DNA of 64,000 nucleotides from Lama glama (lineage: Eukaryota). Each line of letters begins with the position of its first letter. Within the stretch, counting starts at the first letter, position 1. Below the pieces are notes generated by a model that was given only the letters and a program-made list of their open reading frames with translations, did no database searches and was not told the DNA's origin. The position numbers and the translations under genes were made by a program. The stretch spans positions 105,216,001-105,280,000 of the forward strand of contig CM052817.1 in the NCBI GenBank assembly GCA_028534125.1, given 5' to 3'. Below are positions 36,585 to 49,385 of this stretch, one piece after another.

Positions 36585-38490
36585 TACATATTTTCTTATC
36601 CATTCACCCATATATTTTGTTTCCATATATTGGCTATTATAAATAAGCATGCAATGGGCACTGGTGTTTATGTATCTTTTAAATCAGTGTTTTGGTTTTC
36701 TTGAGATAAATATCCAGATGTGGAATTGCTGGATCATATAGTAGTTCTATTTAAAAGTTTTGATTTACAGAAAGGAAATATTTTGATTTCCATTTCATAG
36801 TGACCATTTCTGTTGAGAATCTTTTCATATTTTTACAGTTGGTCCATCTTCATTGGAGAAATGTCTGTTAATACCTTTTACCCAAGTTTGAACTGAGTTT
36901 CCTTTTTAGTTTCGAGTTGTAGTTGTTCATTATATATTCTGGATACCAGCACCTTACGAGATAAAATTTGTGACTATCTTCTCCCATTCTATGGGTTATA
37001 TTTTCACTTTCTTTTATCCTGGGAAGTACAAAAATCTTTTTAATTTTGGAAGAGTTGAATTGACCTATTTATTTGTCACCCTTGTTTTTGGTGTCATATC
37101 TAAGATACCCTTGCCACATCCAAGGTCATGAAGATTTATTCTGAGATTTTCTTCTAATAATTTAGTAACTTTAGCTTCTATACTTGGATACATTATACAT
37201 TTTGAGTTAATCTTTGCATTTGGTCTAAAATGCAAATACATGTATAGGTCCAGCTTCATTTCTTTGCATGTGGACATCCAGTTGCCATCACCATTCGTGG
37301 AGAAGACCACTCTTTCTGTACTGAATTGCCCTGGTACCTTAGACAAAAATCAATTGACAGTAATTGTAAGGGTTTACTTCTTCACTGTCAACACTGTTCT
37401 GTTGATCTATATTCTATTCTTAATCTAGATCCACATTGTCTTGATTACCACAGCTTTATAGTAAGTTTTGATATCAGGAACTGTGAGTCCACTTATTTTG
37501 CTCATTTTTAAGGTTGCTTTGGGTATTCCTGTTTCTTTGCATTTCCATATACATTTTAGGATCAGTTTTTGTTTTTAATTTCTACAAAAATATGTTTTAT
37601 GATTTAAATCATTTCAATTTAATGTGGCTTTTTAGAAGTCTAGCAGTCTGGTCTATCCTCATTACCGAACCAAATGTGGGTACACTTGGAGCAGGTACAG
37701 TAAGGCCAATCTACTGACACCAGATTGTGGTGAAGGAAAGTACAGTGTTTATTGCAGGTGCCTAACATGGGACCAAGAAAGGACAGCAGGCAGCTCATGA
37801 TGGCTTTAAGGGGAAGATTTGGAAAGACAAGCTGAGGGAGAGGGTCATACGTCGCCTAATCAGCTCATGGACCTTCTGCTGACTGATTGGTGAGGAGGTA
37901 ACCAAGTGGTATCTCCTGAGTCAACATCATCAGCCTTCTGGTTCCAGCGGGTCTGGGGTATGTGTTCTCATGGTCATCACCCATCTGGTGAGGCTGCAGT
38001 ACCTGCAAAATGATTCCAGGACACCACTTGGAATATTATCTCTAGCTCTCGAGGAGGAGCTAAAGGTCCTTGACCCTGTTTTATGGCTAAACTACTATTT
38101 TCTCTTGCTTGACTATTTTCCTTTGTTTCTGCATTTTCTCACTTATCTAATTAAGTTTGCTCCTTGGAATTCAGGGAAGACCTAGGAGGTTAAATCTTTT
38201 CTATAAACAAGAAGAAGGAGACACCATGTGGGTCTGTCCCCAGGAAAGCCCGGAAGGGTCCTGCTTGGTTTCATTCTTAAAAATGTTCCATGTTGAATCT
38301 GGGAAGAATTCGTTCTTTCCTGTTTCTACATTGAGTGTCCCATAGATTTATGTGAATTCCTTTTGGTTTAGAGTGCTACCTAATTCTTCTATTTCCTTGA
38401 TACCTCCTGTCTAGTCTTTCTATCCATTATTGAAAAGAGATATTTAAGTATCTAATTATTATTATTAAATTGTGTATTCCCCTTTTCAAT
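36585..38490 (-). mobile_element. Old L1 ORF2 (antisense, internally deleted), interrupted by an LTR
   Basis: ORF 37065-37346(-) includes ORF2p-like NWMSTCKEMKLD...KLLEENLRINLHDLGCGKGILDMTPK; sequence resumes after the LTR with 'aaaatgttccatgt'. Confidence 0.8.
37660..38273 (-). mobile_element. Solo ERV1-type LTR
   Basis: rc starts TGAAACCAAGCAGGACCC; antisense poly(A) signal TTTATT at ~37748; the other end 'ttcggtaat' resembles the 'ctcggtaaca' end of the 20825 LTR; interrupts L1. Confidence 0.75.
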
Positions 38491-39789
38491 GGTGGCAAAG
38501 CTAAACTATGTTAACACTTTATAATGGATCAAAAGAATAAGCAATCATTGGCACCATGGTGTTGCTATGTTTCTTTGATGGATCACTTTTCAAAAAAAAA
38601 AATTTTTTTTTGCTTCTATCTTAAAAAGAAATCCTCTGAAGAGCATCTAATATGGTCTGTTTTTGAACTCAATGTTCATCAGTTTTTTTTAACATCTTGA
38701 TTATCTAAATCTACCACTATTATGGCGTAAACCTCAGGTTTTTGTAAACCACATCATTATTTTTCTAAACTAGACTTTTGTAAAATAAAACCAATTACCC
38801 AAAAAACAAATAAGAGTACTCATTTGATTTACTCAGTTAAAAGGTACATTCCTGATCATTTCTGGACCTTATTCCTCATTCAAGAGCCCTTTAACTTCCC
38901 CAGTGCTGTGACATTTCTTCATTCCTGCAGAATTCTAAACTTTTAATTAAAAGTTAATTTCAATTTTGAAACACATTTATATCAATATGAACCCTCCTCA
39001 TCTTTTTAAGAATTGGTGTTATGTTTATCTGGCATAATTTTTCTTCTACCTCTCTACAATAATGAACATAGTTTTAGTAATGGATATCACTTGCAACTTC
39101 TTTTTAAGGACACTATAATGTAATTTTATAAAACTAGAGTCTTGAACTAATTTAGAAGAATGATTCTCTCTTACAACCTCTTTACAAGTGTAGACTTTAA
39201 TTCCTACAAATCTCTGCAAATTCTACACTTTTGAGCCTGCATATCATTCTTCTAGATGAAGAATGTAACTTACAGTTGGAGTTGAGGAGGGAAAGTTCTA
39301 GAAAGTTGAATAGTGAGAAAGTTGAAAAGCTCTCCTTCTTTTCCTTCTGTTTACTACTTTTTCTCCTGATCAACTTTATTAAAATATTTTTAATGAGAAA
39401 TTCCAGTCAAAAGATGAATATCTTCACTGCTCACTTAAGAAAGAGAGTCAAGCTCAAAAAATGAAAACTTGCAAAACTTTGAGATTATCACCTTTTTAGT
39501 ACTTCATAGTTTTAATAAGTGTTATTAACAATTAGGATTAAAATAACTAAAAACATTCATTGTCACTTTTTTTTAAAGTAGAAATTGCATGGCACACAAT
39601 TAAAGGAACAAGTCTGTTTTATGATTTCTGATGAGTCTCTAAAAATAGCCAGATTGCTGTTTGGTTGATGATGTTGATACACAGGATTTTATGAATGAAT
39701 GAAATTAGAATCATTATCCATGCTTAAGAAGCTTTTCCTGACAGATGTTTAGAGAATTTCCCAAATGGAAATTGTATTATTTAATTTAT

Positions 39790-40345
39790 TTATTTTTAAG
39801 TTTGTACCTCCTATTCTCCCTTACCTATTTCTCCCTCCTCCCTCCCCTCTGGCAGCCACCAGTTTGTTCTCTGTATCTGTGACTGTGTTTCTGTTTTGTT
39901 CATTTATTTTGTTTTTTAGATTCTACATACAAGTGAAATCATACAGCATTTGTCTTTCTCCACCTGACTTATTTAACTTAGCATAATGCCCTCAAGATCC
40001 ATCCATGTTGCAGCAAATAGCAGTATTTCATTCCTCTTTTAAGGCTGAGTAATATTCCATATATGTACTGTAATATATATATAAAACACATCTTCTTTAT
40101 CCATTCATTTACGGTGGGCACCTACGTTGCTTCCACATTTTGGCTATTGTATATAATGCTGCAGTGAACATAGAGGGTATTTTCTAATTAGTGTTTTCAT
40201 TTTCTTTGGATAAATATCCAGCAAGGACATTTCTGGACCATATGGTGGTTATATTTTTAATTCTTTGAAGAAGTCTTCATACTGTTTTCCATAGCCGCTG
40301 AAACAATTTACATTTGAACCAACATGTCAGTATAAGCACCCAGTT
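39790..40345 (-). mobile_element. L1 3' region (L1MA9/artiodactyl-type), antisense
   Basis: 'ttttagattctacatacaagtgaaatcatacagcatttgtctttctc...cttagcataatgccctcaagatccatccatgttg'. Confidence 0.85.
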
Positions 40346-40439
40346 TTGGAGGGATGATTGATAGAAAGATGAAAGAGAGAGAGAAGAAGAGGATAGATAG
40401 ACAGAAATATGGATATGGATAGGCACATAAGTATAGAAA

Positions 40440-41150
40440 TACAGATGAGTGCATATGTGTGGTTAGAATATGTACATATACTTCCTAGCCACTGAGAGGA
40501 CATGGAAGTAACGACTCTCAAAGCAACGTTATGTTTAAAAAAAAGAAAACAAAATCCTGAATATCTTGCAGAAATGGTTGATAGCAGGGCTGAGATAGAA
40601 AATATACAGGATGAACATGAAACACATTGTGGTGCCATGATGGAAAAAGAACTAGAGAAAGAAGGAAGAAGGGAGGAAGGGAAGGAGGGAAGGAAGAAAG
40701 AAGAAAATGAAGGAGGAAGGAGGAATAAGGTGAAATAAGAGAGAGGACAAGTGAAGGGAACATGGTAAAAGAACATAAGCACACATCTGCAAGAGCTCTT
40801 TATGGCCAAAGGTAGAAGAGTTTGACCTCCATAAAATAATTACATAAAAGTAGATGTTTTCAGATCATAACCCATAGAGTACAAGAAAGAGAGGAACATA
40901 GAGTCCAGAAAGGATCCTAGAACAGAAAAAGGAAGTCAGTGGATACACTGGTGAAATTCAAATAGTGCTGGATTAGATCATAGTGTTACACAAGTGTTAA
41001 TTTCCTGGTTCAGATAATCACACTACAGCTATTTAAGATGACAATACCAGGGGGGTTTTGATGACGTATTTATGAAAATTCTGCAGTTTCTGCCACTCTT
41101 CTGTAAGTCAGGAATTAATTCAAAATATGAAGTTAAAAATAAAGTCAAAA
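40440..41150 (+). mobile_element. Old L1 (L1MC-type) 3' UTR containing a purine-rich simple repeat
   Basis: 'ggatcctagaacagaaaaaggaagtcagtgg...gtgttaatttcctggtt...cttctgtaagtcaggaattaattcaaaata'. Confidence 0.7.
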
Positions 41151-41714
41151 GGCAGAAAAAAAGAGAAGGCACAAATCTAGGGAGGAACTTCAGTTTGCAT
41201 GGTCTTCTTTAATGTCTCCGAGTGGCCAAAAGCCAGGTCTTTAATGAGTTCTTACCTAAAATGTATGAAATGCCCTGAGTAAATGGGTAAAAAGGGGGCA
41301 GGATCAGATATTTTGGCATACAGTGGGAGCACAAGAAAATTTTCACTGTGCACAAGGAGATGCTGGAGATGTTTATCAGCCTCTGCTTTACTTGGGGGTG
41401 GGTGAAAAATGAAAAAAAAACAAAACAAAACTGAAAAACAAGATGAAGACACAAACAACACAGAAAAATAGTTTCCTTACCTCATGGCAATCTTCACACT
41501 AACAGAGAAACATAAAGGCAGAAGAAATTTAAAGTGGTCTCAGGTTGGTAGTATCCAAGTTCCTGGCCAAGCTAGATACTTTTAAAACATAGACTTGAAA
41601 GAATTGCCACAGGTAAATATACAAGGATCATAGCAAGAAATACAAATACGTTTGGAAACAGTTAACCTTGAATGAAAGCCAGCAGATACACACATAGAAT
41701 GTGTTTGTTTTTTA

Positions 41715-42018
41715 AGTATGGATACATCCAGACAGTGGAATACTATTCTGTGCTAAAAAATAAAGAGTTTGTCAAGCTAGGTGAAGACATGGGAGAGATT
41801 TAAGTGCACTCACTAAGCGAAAGAAGCCGATTTGAAAAGGCTACATATGAGTAATTCCAACTCTGTGACAGTTTGGAAAAGTAAACACTAAAGAGACAAT
41901 AAAAAGATGCGGGGTTTGCCTGGGGTTAGGGGAGAAGAGAGGAATGAGTGGGCAGAGAACACAGCATCCTTAGAGCCCCAAGGCTACTCTCTGCGATGCT
42001 GTAGCGGAGAATGCATGT
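41715..42018 (+). mobile_element. L1MC1/2-like 3' fragment
   Basis: 'catccagacagtggaatactattc...cactaagcgaaagaagccgatttgaaaaggctacata...gaggaatgagtgggcagagaacacag'. Confidence 0.75.
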
Positions 42019-42214
42019 TGCTGCAAAAGGCAGTATTTCATTCTTTTTTAAGGTTAAGTAGTTCCATTGTGTATATACACCACATCTTCTTAAACCAATT
42101 GTCTTTTAATGGACACTGGGTTGTTTCCACGTCTTGGCTATTGTAAACAGTGCTGTCTGCATATATCCGGAAAAAAGATGAGAACTCTAATTCAAAAAGA
42201 TACACGCACTCCAA
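42014..42214 (-). mobile_element. Younger L1 fragment with inverted 5' piece
   Basis: Antisense 42014-42155 abuts sense 'gcatatatccggaaaaaagatgagaactctaattcaaaaagatacacgcactccaa'. Confidence 0.75.
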
Positions 42215-44057
42215 AATCCCCACTGTTTTTAAAAATCAAGGCACACATGAGAATGGAAGGCAGAAGAAATTCAGACGCAACTTTGATTTTAAAATCTTTG
42301 CCTGGTCTTGCCAGCCTCACTCTGGCACCACCTGTTCATCCCAGCATCCAGATTCACCTGGCATGTTAAGAATGCAAAATAACCTTGCAAAAGTGACAAC
42401 CTCAGGTGGTTGCTCCTCAAAAGGATGATCCCCAGATCTGAGGGACTATATTTTTTGGAGTCTTGAATTGCCTAAAGTTTTTTGTCTCTCAATCTTGATT
42501 TTTGATCAAATAAATACTATCCTTGAAATATATTGAGGAGATGCAAATTATATCTGTGTGTGTGTGTCTGTGTGTATTGGTTGGGTGCTGAATAACAGTG
42601 AGCAAAATCTTCAACTTTCAAAGTGAAAAGTCAAGAATGAAAATAAAAATAAAACAGAAATTTTAAATTGAGAGAAACTCAATAAATAAAAATAGAAACA
42701 TAGTTAGGGATGTAGAAATTAGTACCAAAGCAACAGGTGAAAGAATAGAAATAAAATGCTTTGGTGGAATTTTAAATGAAAGGGGAGAAGTGGACATATT
42801 TTTAACAAATCTTACTGAACTATTTAACATTTTAAAGTAAATGCATATTATAATTCAACACTTTGATACTAGTTGTAATTAAACTAAGATAATCAATTCA
42901 GGAAACTAATTCCACAAAATAAAGTCTGATTACCTCAAGTAACAGGAAATATGATATTAAGTGTTATTACTCTGAAGACAGTTCTATTAAATTCAAGAAT
43001 AAGATACTGGTAGTAGCTTTTACTAATATTTTTTGCCCTATTTGGGGAGATTTAGCCAATATTATCAGATAAGAAAAAAATTTAATCTGTATTTTTTTAA
43101 AGTAGATAAAAATCATGTTATATATTACAATCATAACAATTATAAGATTAGTATCTAATTATGGTTAACCAAACATCAGTTACAGTACAACTGCAAATGC
43201 TTGACACGTGCACATGGCCAGAGACGTCAGCGTTGCCCGTACTTCAGTTGAGTCACATATATTTTCAGAACTCCATCCATTAAGTTTCACAGTCACTTAA
43301 TATACCTTTACAAAAAAGAGCATACTATGATTTGACACTGAGACAAAAAGTTATCTTGTATACAAAAAGGCTTGCAAACAGTAGTGGGGGTTTACATTTA
43401 ATATAGTAAAATGGATGTTTGTTGCTTTAAAAATGTCTATGACTTTGTTTCCTCGCATGGAAAGAGATAAACTAGTCTAGGGAACCTGAGAAAAGAAGGA
43501 ACACACAAAAATCTACAGCTACGTTATAGTTTTTCATTTATATATGAGCAAAAAGACCTTCTATTAAAAGCCAAGTAGTTCAACTGAAGGCAAGAGAAAT
43601 TGCCAATCTCTTAGAATACATTAAAAAAAAATCAACACAATGAGAGATAGATTTGACCAATTTATTATTTATACGTCAGTGTCATCAAGAAAACAAGCAT
43701 CATTTTGTTAGAAACATCCTTGCTCACTTTGAACAGAGACTATTTAACTTTCGATAATACATGATGCAAATGAGGGAAAAAATTATGATTTAGTCAAGAA
43801 GGAAATGCGGATAAAGTCTAATGCACTTCAGCACATCCAGAAAGTCCAGTGCCCAGCCTAACGATGCTAAAAGTGTCGAGAGCAAGATCATCAGCATGGG
43901 TTACAAAAGCCACTGCTTCATTGTGACTTTATTGCTATATTAAATTTTAAACTGCAGAAGAATGAGGCCACCTCCAAAGACTTTATCATAAGGAGGAAAG
44001 AAAGTTTTGGATAAAGGTTGAAAAGGAAGGGTAGGTAAATGTAATTAGTCATAGAAA

Positions 44058-44360
44058 CTCATCTACAAAACAGAAAAAGACTCACAGACATAGTAAATAA
44101 TCTTATGGTTACTGGGAAAAAGGGGTGGGAAGGGATAAATTTGGGAGTTGAGATTTACAAATGTTAGCCACTATATATAAAAAAGATAAAAAAACAAGTT
44201 TCTTCTGTATAGCACAGGGAACAATGTTCAATATCTTGTAATAACCTTTAATGAAAAAGTATGAAAACAAATACATGTATGTATATGCATGACTGGGACA
44301 TTGTGCTGTACACCAGAAACTGACACATTGTAATGAACTGCACTTCAATTAAAAAAAGAA
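44058..44360 (+). mobile_element. Young camelid L1 3'-UTR stub
   Basis: TSD core GTCATAGAAA (44048-44057 / 44364-44373); 'aaacaagtttcttctgtatagcacagggaac...cacttcaattaaaaaaa'. Confidence 0.9.
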
Positions 44361-44399
44361 ATTGTCATAGAAAATATAATTAGAACTATATCTACTTTA

Positions 44400-46350
44400 T
44401 AATTAAGTTTCTATTCAAACTATTTCCCTCAGTGAAAACTTTAGACCAAAAATGGCTCAAATGTTGATTTCTGTTCAACGTTTAAAGATGACAAATCCTT
44501 ACCCTTGGTCCTTGGACAATCCCATCAAGTAGAGAGGCGATGAGGACTACCAAACTCACTCAGCCTCTTTTCCAAGCTGGGACAGGTGTTACAAGAAAAG
44601 ATGAGGGCGGGCAGGTATCTTTCAGAAATGCCAGTACAGAACGTCCCACCATATAATAACAACAAATTCAACAATGCACAAAACTATGATCTGACATGGC
44701 AAAATGGAGCTTATTCAGGGATTGAATGTTATTTTAATATTTTAAATTTAAGTCAAATATTTCATCAGATTAACAGAATAAAAGATAAAAACCACACAAT
44801 CCTCTCAATTAATGCATAAAAATCATGTGATAAAATCCTATGTCCATTCTGATTTTCAAAAAAATTTCAGCCAAGTAAGCAGAGTATCCTCAATGTTTCA
44901 AAGGGGATCTACAAAATCTTACTGCCAATACTATGCCCAGTGCTACAGTTTTGAACACTTCCCCCTTATTTCTTGGGGGGAAACATGACTTGATATTTAT
45001 CCTAACATCTTCTGTTTAATTATTCACCAGCAAAAACTCAAGATAAATAAGTAGAATAAATACAGAGTGTAAGAAACCTTGCAGATTACATGGTTATGTG
45101 TATAGANNNNNNNNNNNNNNNNNNNNNNNNNNNNNNNNNNNNNNNNNNNNNNNNNNNNNNNNNNNNNNNNNNNNNNNNNNNNNNNNNNNNNNNNNNNNNN
45201 NNNNNNNNNNNNNNNNNNNNNNNNNNNNNNNNNNNNNNNNNNNNNNNNNNNNNNNNNNNNNNNNNNNNNNNNNNNNNNNNNNNNNNNNNNNNNNNNNNNN
45301 NNNNNNNNNNNNNNNNNNNNNNNNNNNNNNNNNNNNNNNNNNNNNNNNNNNNNNNNNNNNNNNNNNNNNNNNNNNNNNNNNNNNNNNNNNNNNNNNNNNN
45401 NNNNNNNNNNNNNNNNNNNNNNNNNNNNNNNNNNNNNNNNNNNNNNNNNNNNNNNNNNNNNNNNNNNNNNNNNNNNNNNNNNNNNNNNNNNNNNNNNNNN
45501 NNNNNNNNNNNNNNNNNNNNNNNNNNNNNNNNNNNNNNNNNNNNNNNNNNNNNNNNNNNNNNNNNNNNNNNNNNNNNNNNNNNNNNNNNNNNNNNNNNNN
45601 NNNNNNTCTACAAAATCTTACTGCCAATACTATGCCCAGTGCTACAGTTTTGAACACTTCCCCCTTATTTCTTGGGGGGAAACATGACTTGATATTTATC
45701 CTAACATCTTCTGTTTAATTATTCACCAGCAAAAACTCAAGATAAATAAGTAGAATAAATACAGAGTGTAAGAAACCTTGCAGATTACATGGTTATGTGT
45801 ATAGAAATCCTAAACACATATGCAAATCTACTGCAACTAATGAGTGAATTTTTAAGTTCTTAGGATGCTAAGTCAATATACTAAAAACTCAGTTGCATTT
45901 CTCTATGTTAGAAATGTTTGAAAAATTAAATACTATAAAATTGTATTATTCATAGAAAAGGTCTCTTATTCAAAAGGTCTATTCTACAGAGCCACCCAGT
46001 ATGGGGTACTTCGCTGTAACAACCCTAGAAAACAAATAATAGTCTTTAGCTAAGATGATCTAAAAATACGTGTCAACAAACAGGCTTGAACAAGAACATT
46101 GCTATCAGCTATATTCATGACAGACCTCAGAGAGGAAACAATAAACAAAAGTCAAGATGAGAAAAGAGGAAAAACAGCGATGTAATTTGCAATGTAATAC
46201 GGCCCATCAATAAGAAATAATGCATTGCAGATACACTCATCAGCATGGGCTGGTCTCAAGAACACTATGGTGAGGAAAAGAAACCGGACCAAAAAGGGTT
46301 AAATACTTTCTGAATCCTACTGTTGAGAACTTCCAGATCAAGCCCAGGGG
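44400..46350 (+). mobile_element. Old L1 ORF2 to 3' fragments spanning the assembly gap (short MLT1 3' end at ~45985-46040)
   Basis: 'cagattaacagaataaaagataaaaaccacacaatcctctcaattaatgca', 'ttgcagattacatggttatgtgtatagaaatcct' (degraded FADD region). Confidence 0.7.
45107..45606. other. Assembly gap (500 N)
   Basis: Run of exactly 500 N. Confidence 1.
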
Positions 46351-46489
46351 AATGTTTTGTGTAGACTGTGTTTCCCCGCCTTGAGTTGCTCTGCATCCTC
46401 CCCTACCTCCCTCCTCCCAGTTTTTTTTTCTTTCTTCCTTTCTTTTTTTTTTTTCTTTCCTGCATCTCAGATTTTGTCTCCTTTCTTTT

Positions 46490-46850
46490 CCTGCCACTCC
46501 CATCATCCTGGCTTCTTCTATTTCTCAAACTTGCTAAGCAGATACCATTCTCCCTACCTGGAACTCTTGCCCTTGAAAGATCACGTGGCTTTCTTGCTGG
46601 CAACTTTTAGATCTCTTAGAAGTGTTACATTCTCAAGAGGTCTTCCTTCTTTACCTGAAATGGTTCATTCTCATCCGTCTTCTCCCTGACTTCTTTTAGC
46701 CACAGCATCCATCAGCACCCATCACTGTGTGTGTGTGAGCACAGACGTGGCTGTGAGCTCCCTGAGAGGGAAAGCCTTTCTTCTTTTTTCTCTGCTGCCA
46801 CACGTTAAGTCCTTGATAATTATTTGAATGACTAAACAAATGAATCAGCT
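46490..46850 (+). mobile_element. L2 3' fragment
   Basis: 'ctgtgagctccctgagagggaaagcc...aattatttgaatgactaaacaaatgaat' L2 tail. Confidence 0.55.
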
Positions 46851-47487
46851 CAGTTGTTTATTACCTTCTAGAGAAGCAGAGGGGATATTTTTAGCTTTTA
46901 TATTAATTCACTTGCTGTAAGGCAATCAGTATTTATAGCTAACTATGGATTATGTTGTTTATTTAGAACCCACAGGTCTTAAGTAAAATGCAACAAATTA
47001 CTTCATATTTTGTGTTTTTTTTTTCTTTTTACTGGAAGTAGACCTTCTTGAAAGTAATTGCATAATTTAGCACATTAAAAAAACTTTCCAGGAAACATAA
47101 GCCACTAATAAATATAAAAATTAAGTATAGTTGAAATTTATTAAATGGAGGCCTGATATTAAGTTCATTTTTAAATTTTTACATGTTTATTTAATGTCCT
47201 ATTCCAAGAAAAATTTTTCTTTCTTTTAAATCACAAACAAGAACAAACAGGGAAAGACATACTAATTATGACCAATTTACTTTTGATTTCTATTATTGTA
47301 AAATATTCTCTTGTAACTTTAAAAAATAGTAAAGGAAACACCACCTGTCTTATTATAATTTAATATGTCTTTTATACCTTTAAAAATCATTGTATTGAAC
47401 TTGCCTATGTGCTCCATATTTTAATAAATTATCATTTTCAAAAGAATAGTAATGTCACAGAATTTAAATTGAAAAATTTATAATTAG

Positions 47488-47570
47488 AAAATTGTACTCT
47501 ACGCTGGAATTTGACACAACACTGTAAAATGACTATAACTCAATAAAAAATGTTAAAAAAATAAATAAAG
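47488..47570 (+). mobile_element. Very short young L1 3' stub
   Basis: 'tgacacaacactgtaaaatgactataactcaataaaaaatgttaaaaaaa'. Confidence 0.75.
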
Positions 47571-48224
47571 TAATAGTATTTCTCTCCCATTCTTGAAATG
47601 TTATAATATGGCTAATAGAAAAACTGAATCAAAATGGTACAGTATGTAATACCACAGCACAAAAAAGACAGAGAAAAGGATAATTTATTATTTACAGTAC
47701 TTGCATTGCTTGATAAACTGTTACTAGGACACTATAACCTGATTAGAAGGAGAAGGGGGAGGGGAGGAGGGTACGGGGAAGTGGGAGGAGAGGGAGGAGG
47801 TAGCCATTCAGCAGAGTGAAGAGTGATGAAATTTAAAGCATCCCCGTATTTCAGGAGAATATTTTCTCTTTTATCAGTTCAAACTTTAGCTGTGCCAATT
47901 TATGCAAGGATAGAGTCTAGATGCTTCTCACTTCCCTACTGTATAGAGGAAACAGAGAAAAAAGATTGCATATGTATATATACAACATACACCTATTTCC
48001 AGGCACACACTCAGATTTGGAAAAAAATGTAAAAATTACATTTTCCCACTAACTTTATGAGTCAAGAGATATTGCAGAGTTACTACTGATTTGTGTCTAA
48101 ATTCATTTAGCTTAACTTTACCACCAGAGAAAATAAAAATGATTATGGATTTAACCTAGCCTATCAGTTATAACAATGTGATTTATCAGTGATAATTGTC
48201 TTTGTCATTTGTTAAAGCAGGAGT

Positions 48225-48430
48225 AATTAAGTGCCTGGAGTATGAACCCAGATCTCAAGTCCACGCCGTGTGAACGTGCACAAATTGAACAGATTCTCTG
48301 ACCTCAGCTTCCATACCTGTATTGATGGGACAGATGAGCACCCAGAGAAACAGCACTAACCACGTCTTAGGTCTTTGTAGGGTTAAATGCACACACTTAC
48401 CATTTCATAATAATATTGCATTATTATTGT
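48225..48430 (+). mobile_element. MIR
   Basis: 'tctctgacctcagcttccatacctgtattgatgggac' MIR core. Confidence 0.55.
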
Positions 48431-48834
48431 CCTTTTTTTCTTTTATCTGACTGAAGGAAAAATGTTATCTCCTTAGCTTAGCACCGTGTTTGAAACAGGG
48501 AACATGTTTGTTAAACAAATGTTTAAGCAATGATTTGTCAGCTTTTCTAAATGTATTATTTCTCACCACACAGAAAATGTCAAAAGTTGGTTTCTGAATA
48601 TTAGATATTAAAATGATCACACTAGCCCTCGGGAAATTTTTAATTAACATAAAACTAATGTTTGAATGCAAAGTCTGACCTTTCTACTCGGTACCACTGT
48701 CAGGCATCAAGCTCGTTCGTGGGTGTGATTCCAACATCCACACCCATGCACATCTACACTGACACCATTCCTTTTGAAGTAAACAGAAAGTCAAAACAGG
48801 GATATTCCAACATCAGCAAAATGTAGACAAAGGT

Positions 48835-49385
48835 CATTTGTGTTCAGAATAGAGACCCGAGAAGTAAACTCACACTTAGCTGGTCAATTAATGTGACTAA
48901 GGAAGGAACGAGATACAGCTGGGAAAAGACAGCTTCTTCCATCAGTGGTGCTGTGAAAACTGGATGTGCACATACGAAAGAATGTAACTGAATTGCTTTC
49001 TCATGCCATATACAAAAATAAACTCAGAATGGGTTACTTCAGTGGAAGGCTTGAAACCATAAACATCCCAGAAGAAAGCACGTGCTGTGTGCTCTGTGTC
49101 ACGTGTCTTAGCAGTATTTTTTTTTTTTTTGGATCTGTCTCAGGCAAGAGAATCAAAAGCAAAATAATAAACAAATGAGACTACAAGAAACTTAAAAAAA
49201 CACTTTACACAGTGAAGGAAGCTATCTCTACAATGAAAAGGTCCTCTAATGAATGAAGGAAGATATTTGTAAATGAAATCTCTGATAAAGGTTAATATCC
49301 AAAATATATAAAGAACTAGAACTCAACAGCAAAAATACAAACAACCCTGATTAAAAAAATGGGTAGAAGACTTGAAATAGACACA
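48835..49385 (+). mobile_element. L1 ORF2 3' fragment
   Basis: 'tggtgctgtgaaaactggat', 'aaacaaatgagactacaagaaacttaaaa', 'tctgataaaggttaatatccaaaatatataaagaact'. Confidence 0.8.

Noticed and set aside
40327..40809. 160-aa and overlapping ORFs
   Set aside because: Kept open by a purine/pyrimidine simple repeat within L1 relics
43620..43940. Possible hAT transposase remnant
   Set aside because: Only vague resemblance, stops in the frames examined and no termini found
45090..45718. Longest ORFs in the track (187-206 aa)
   Set aside because: Artefacts of translating the N gap
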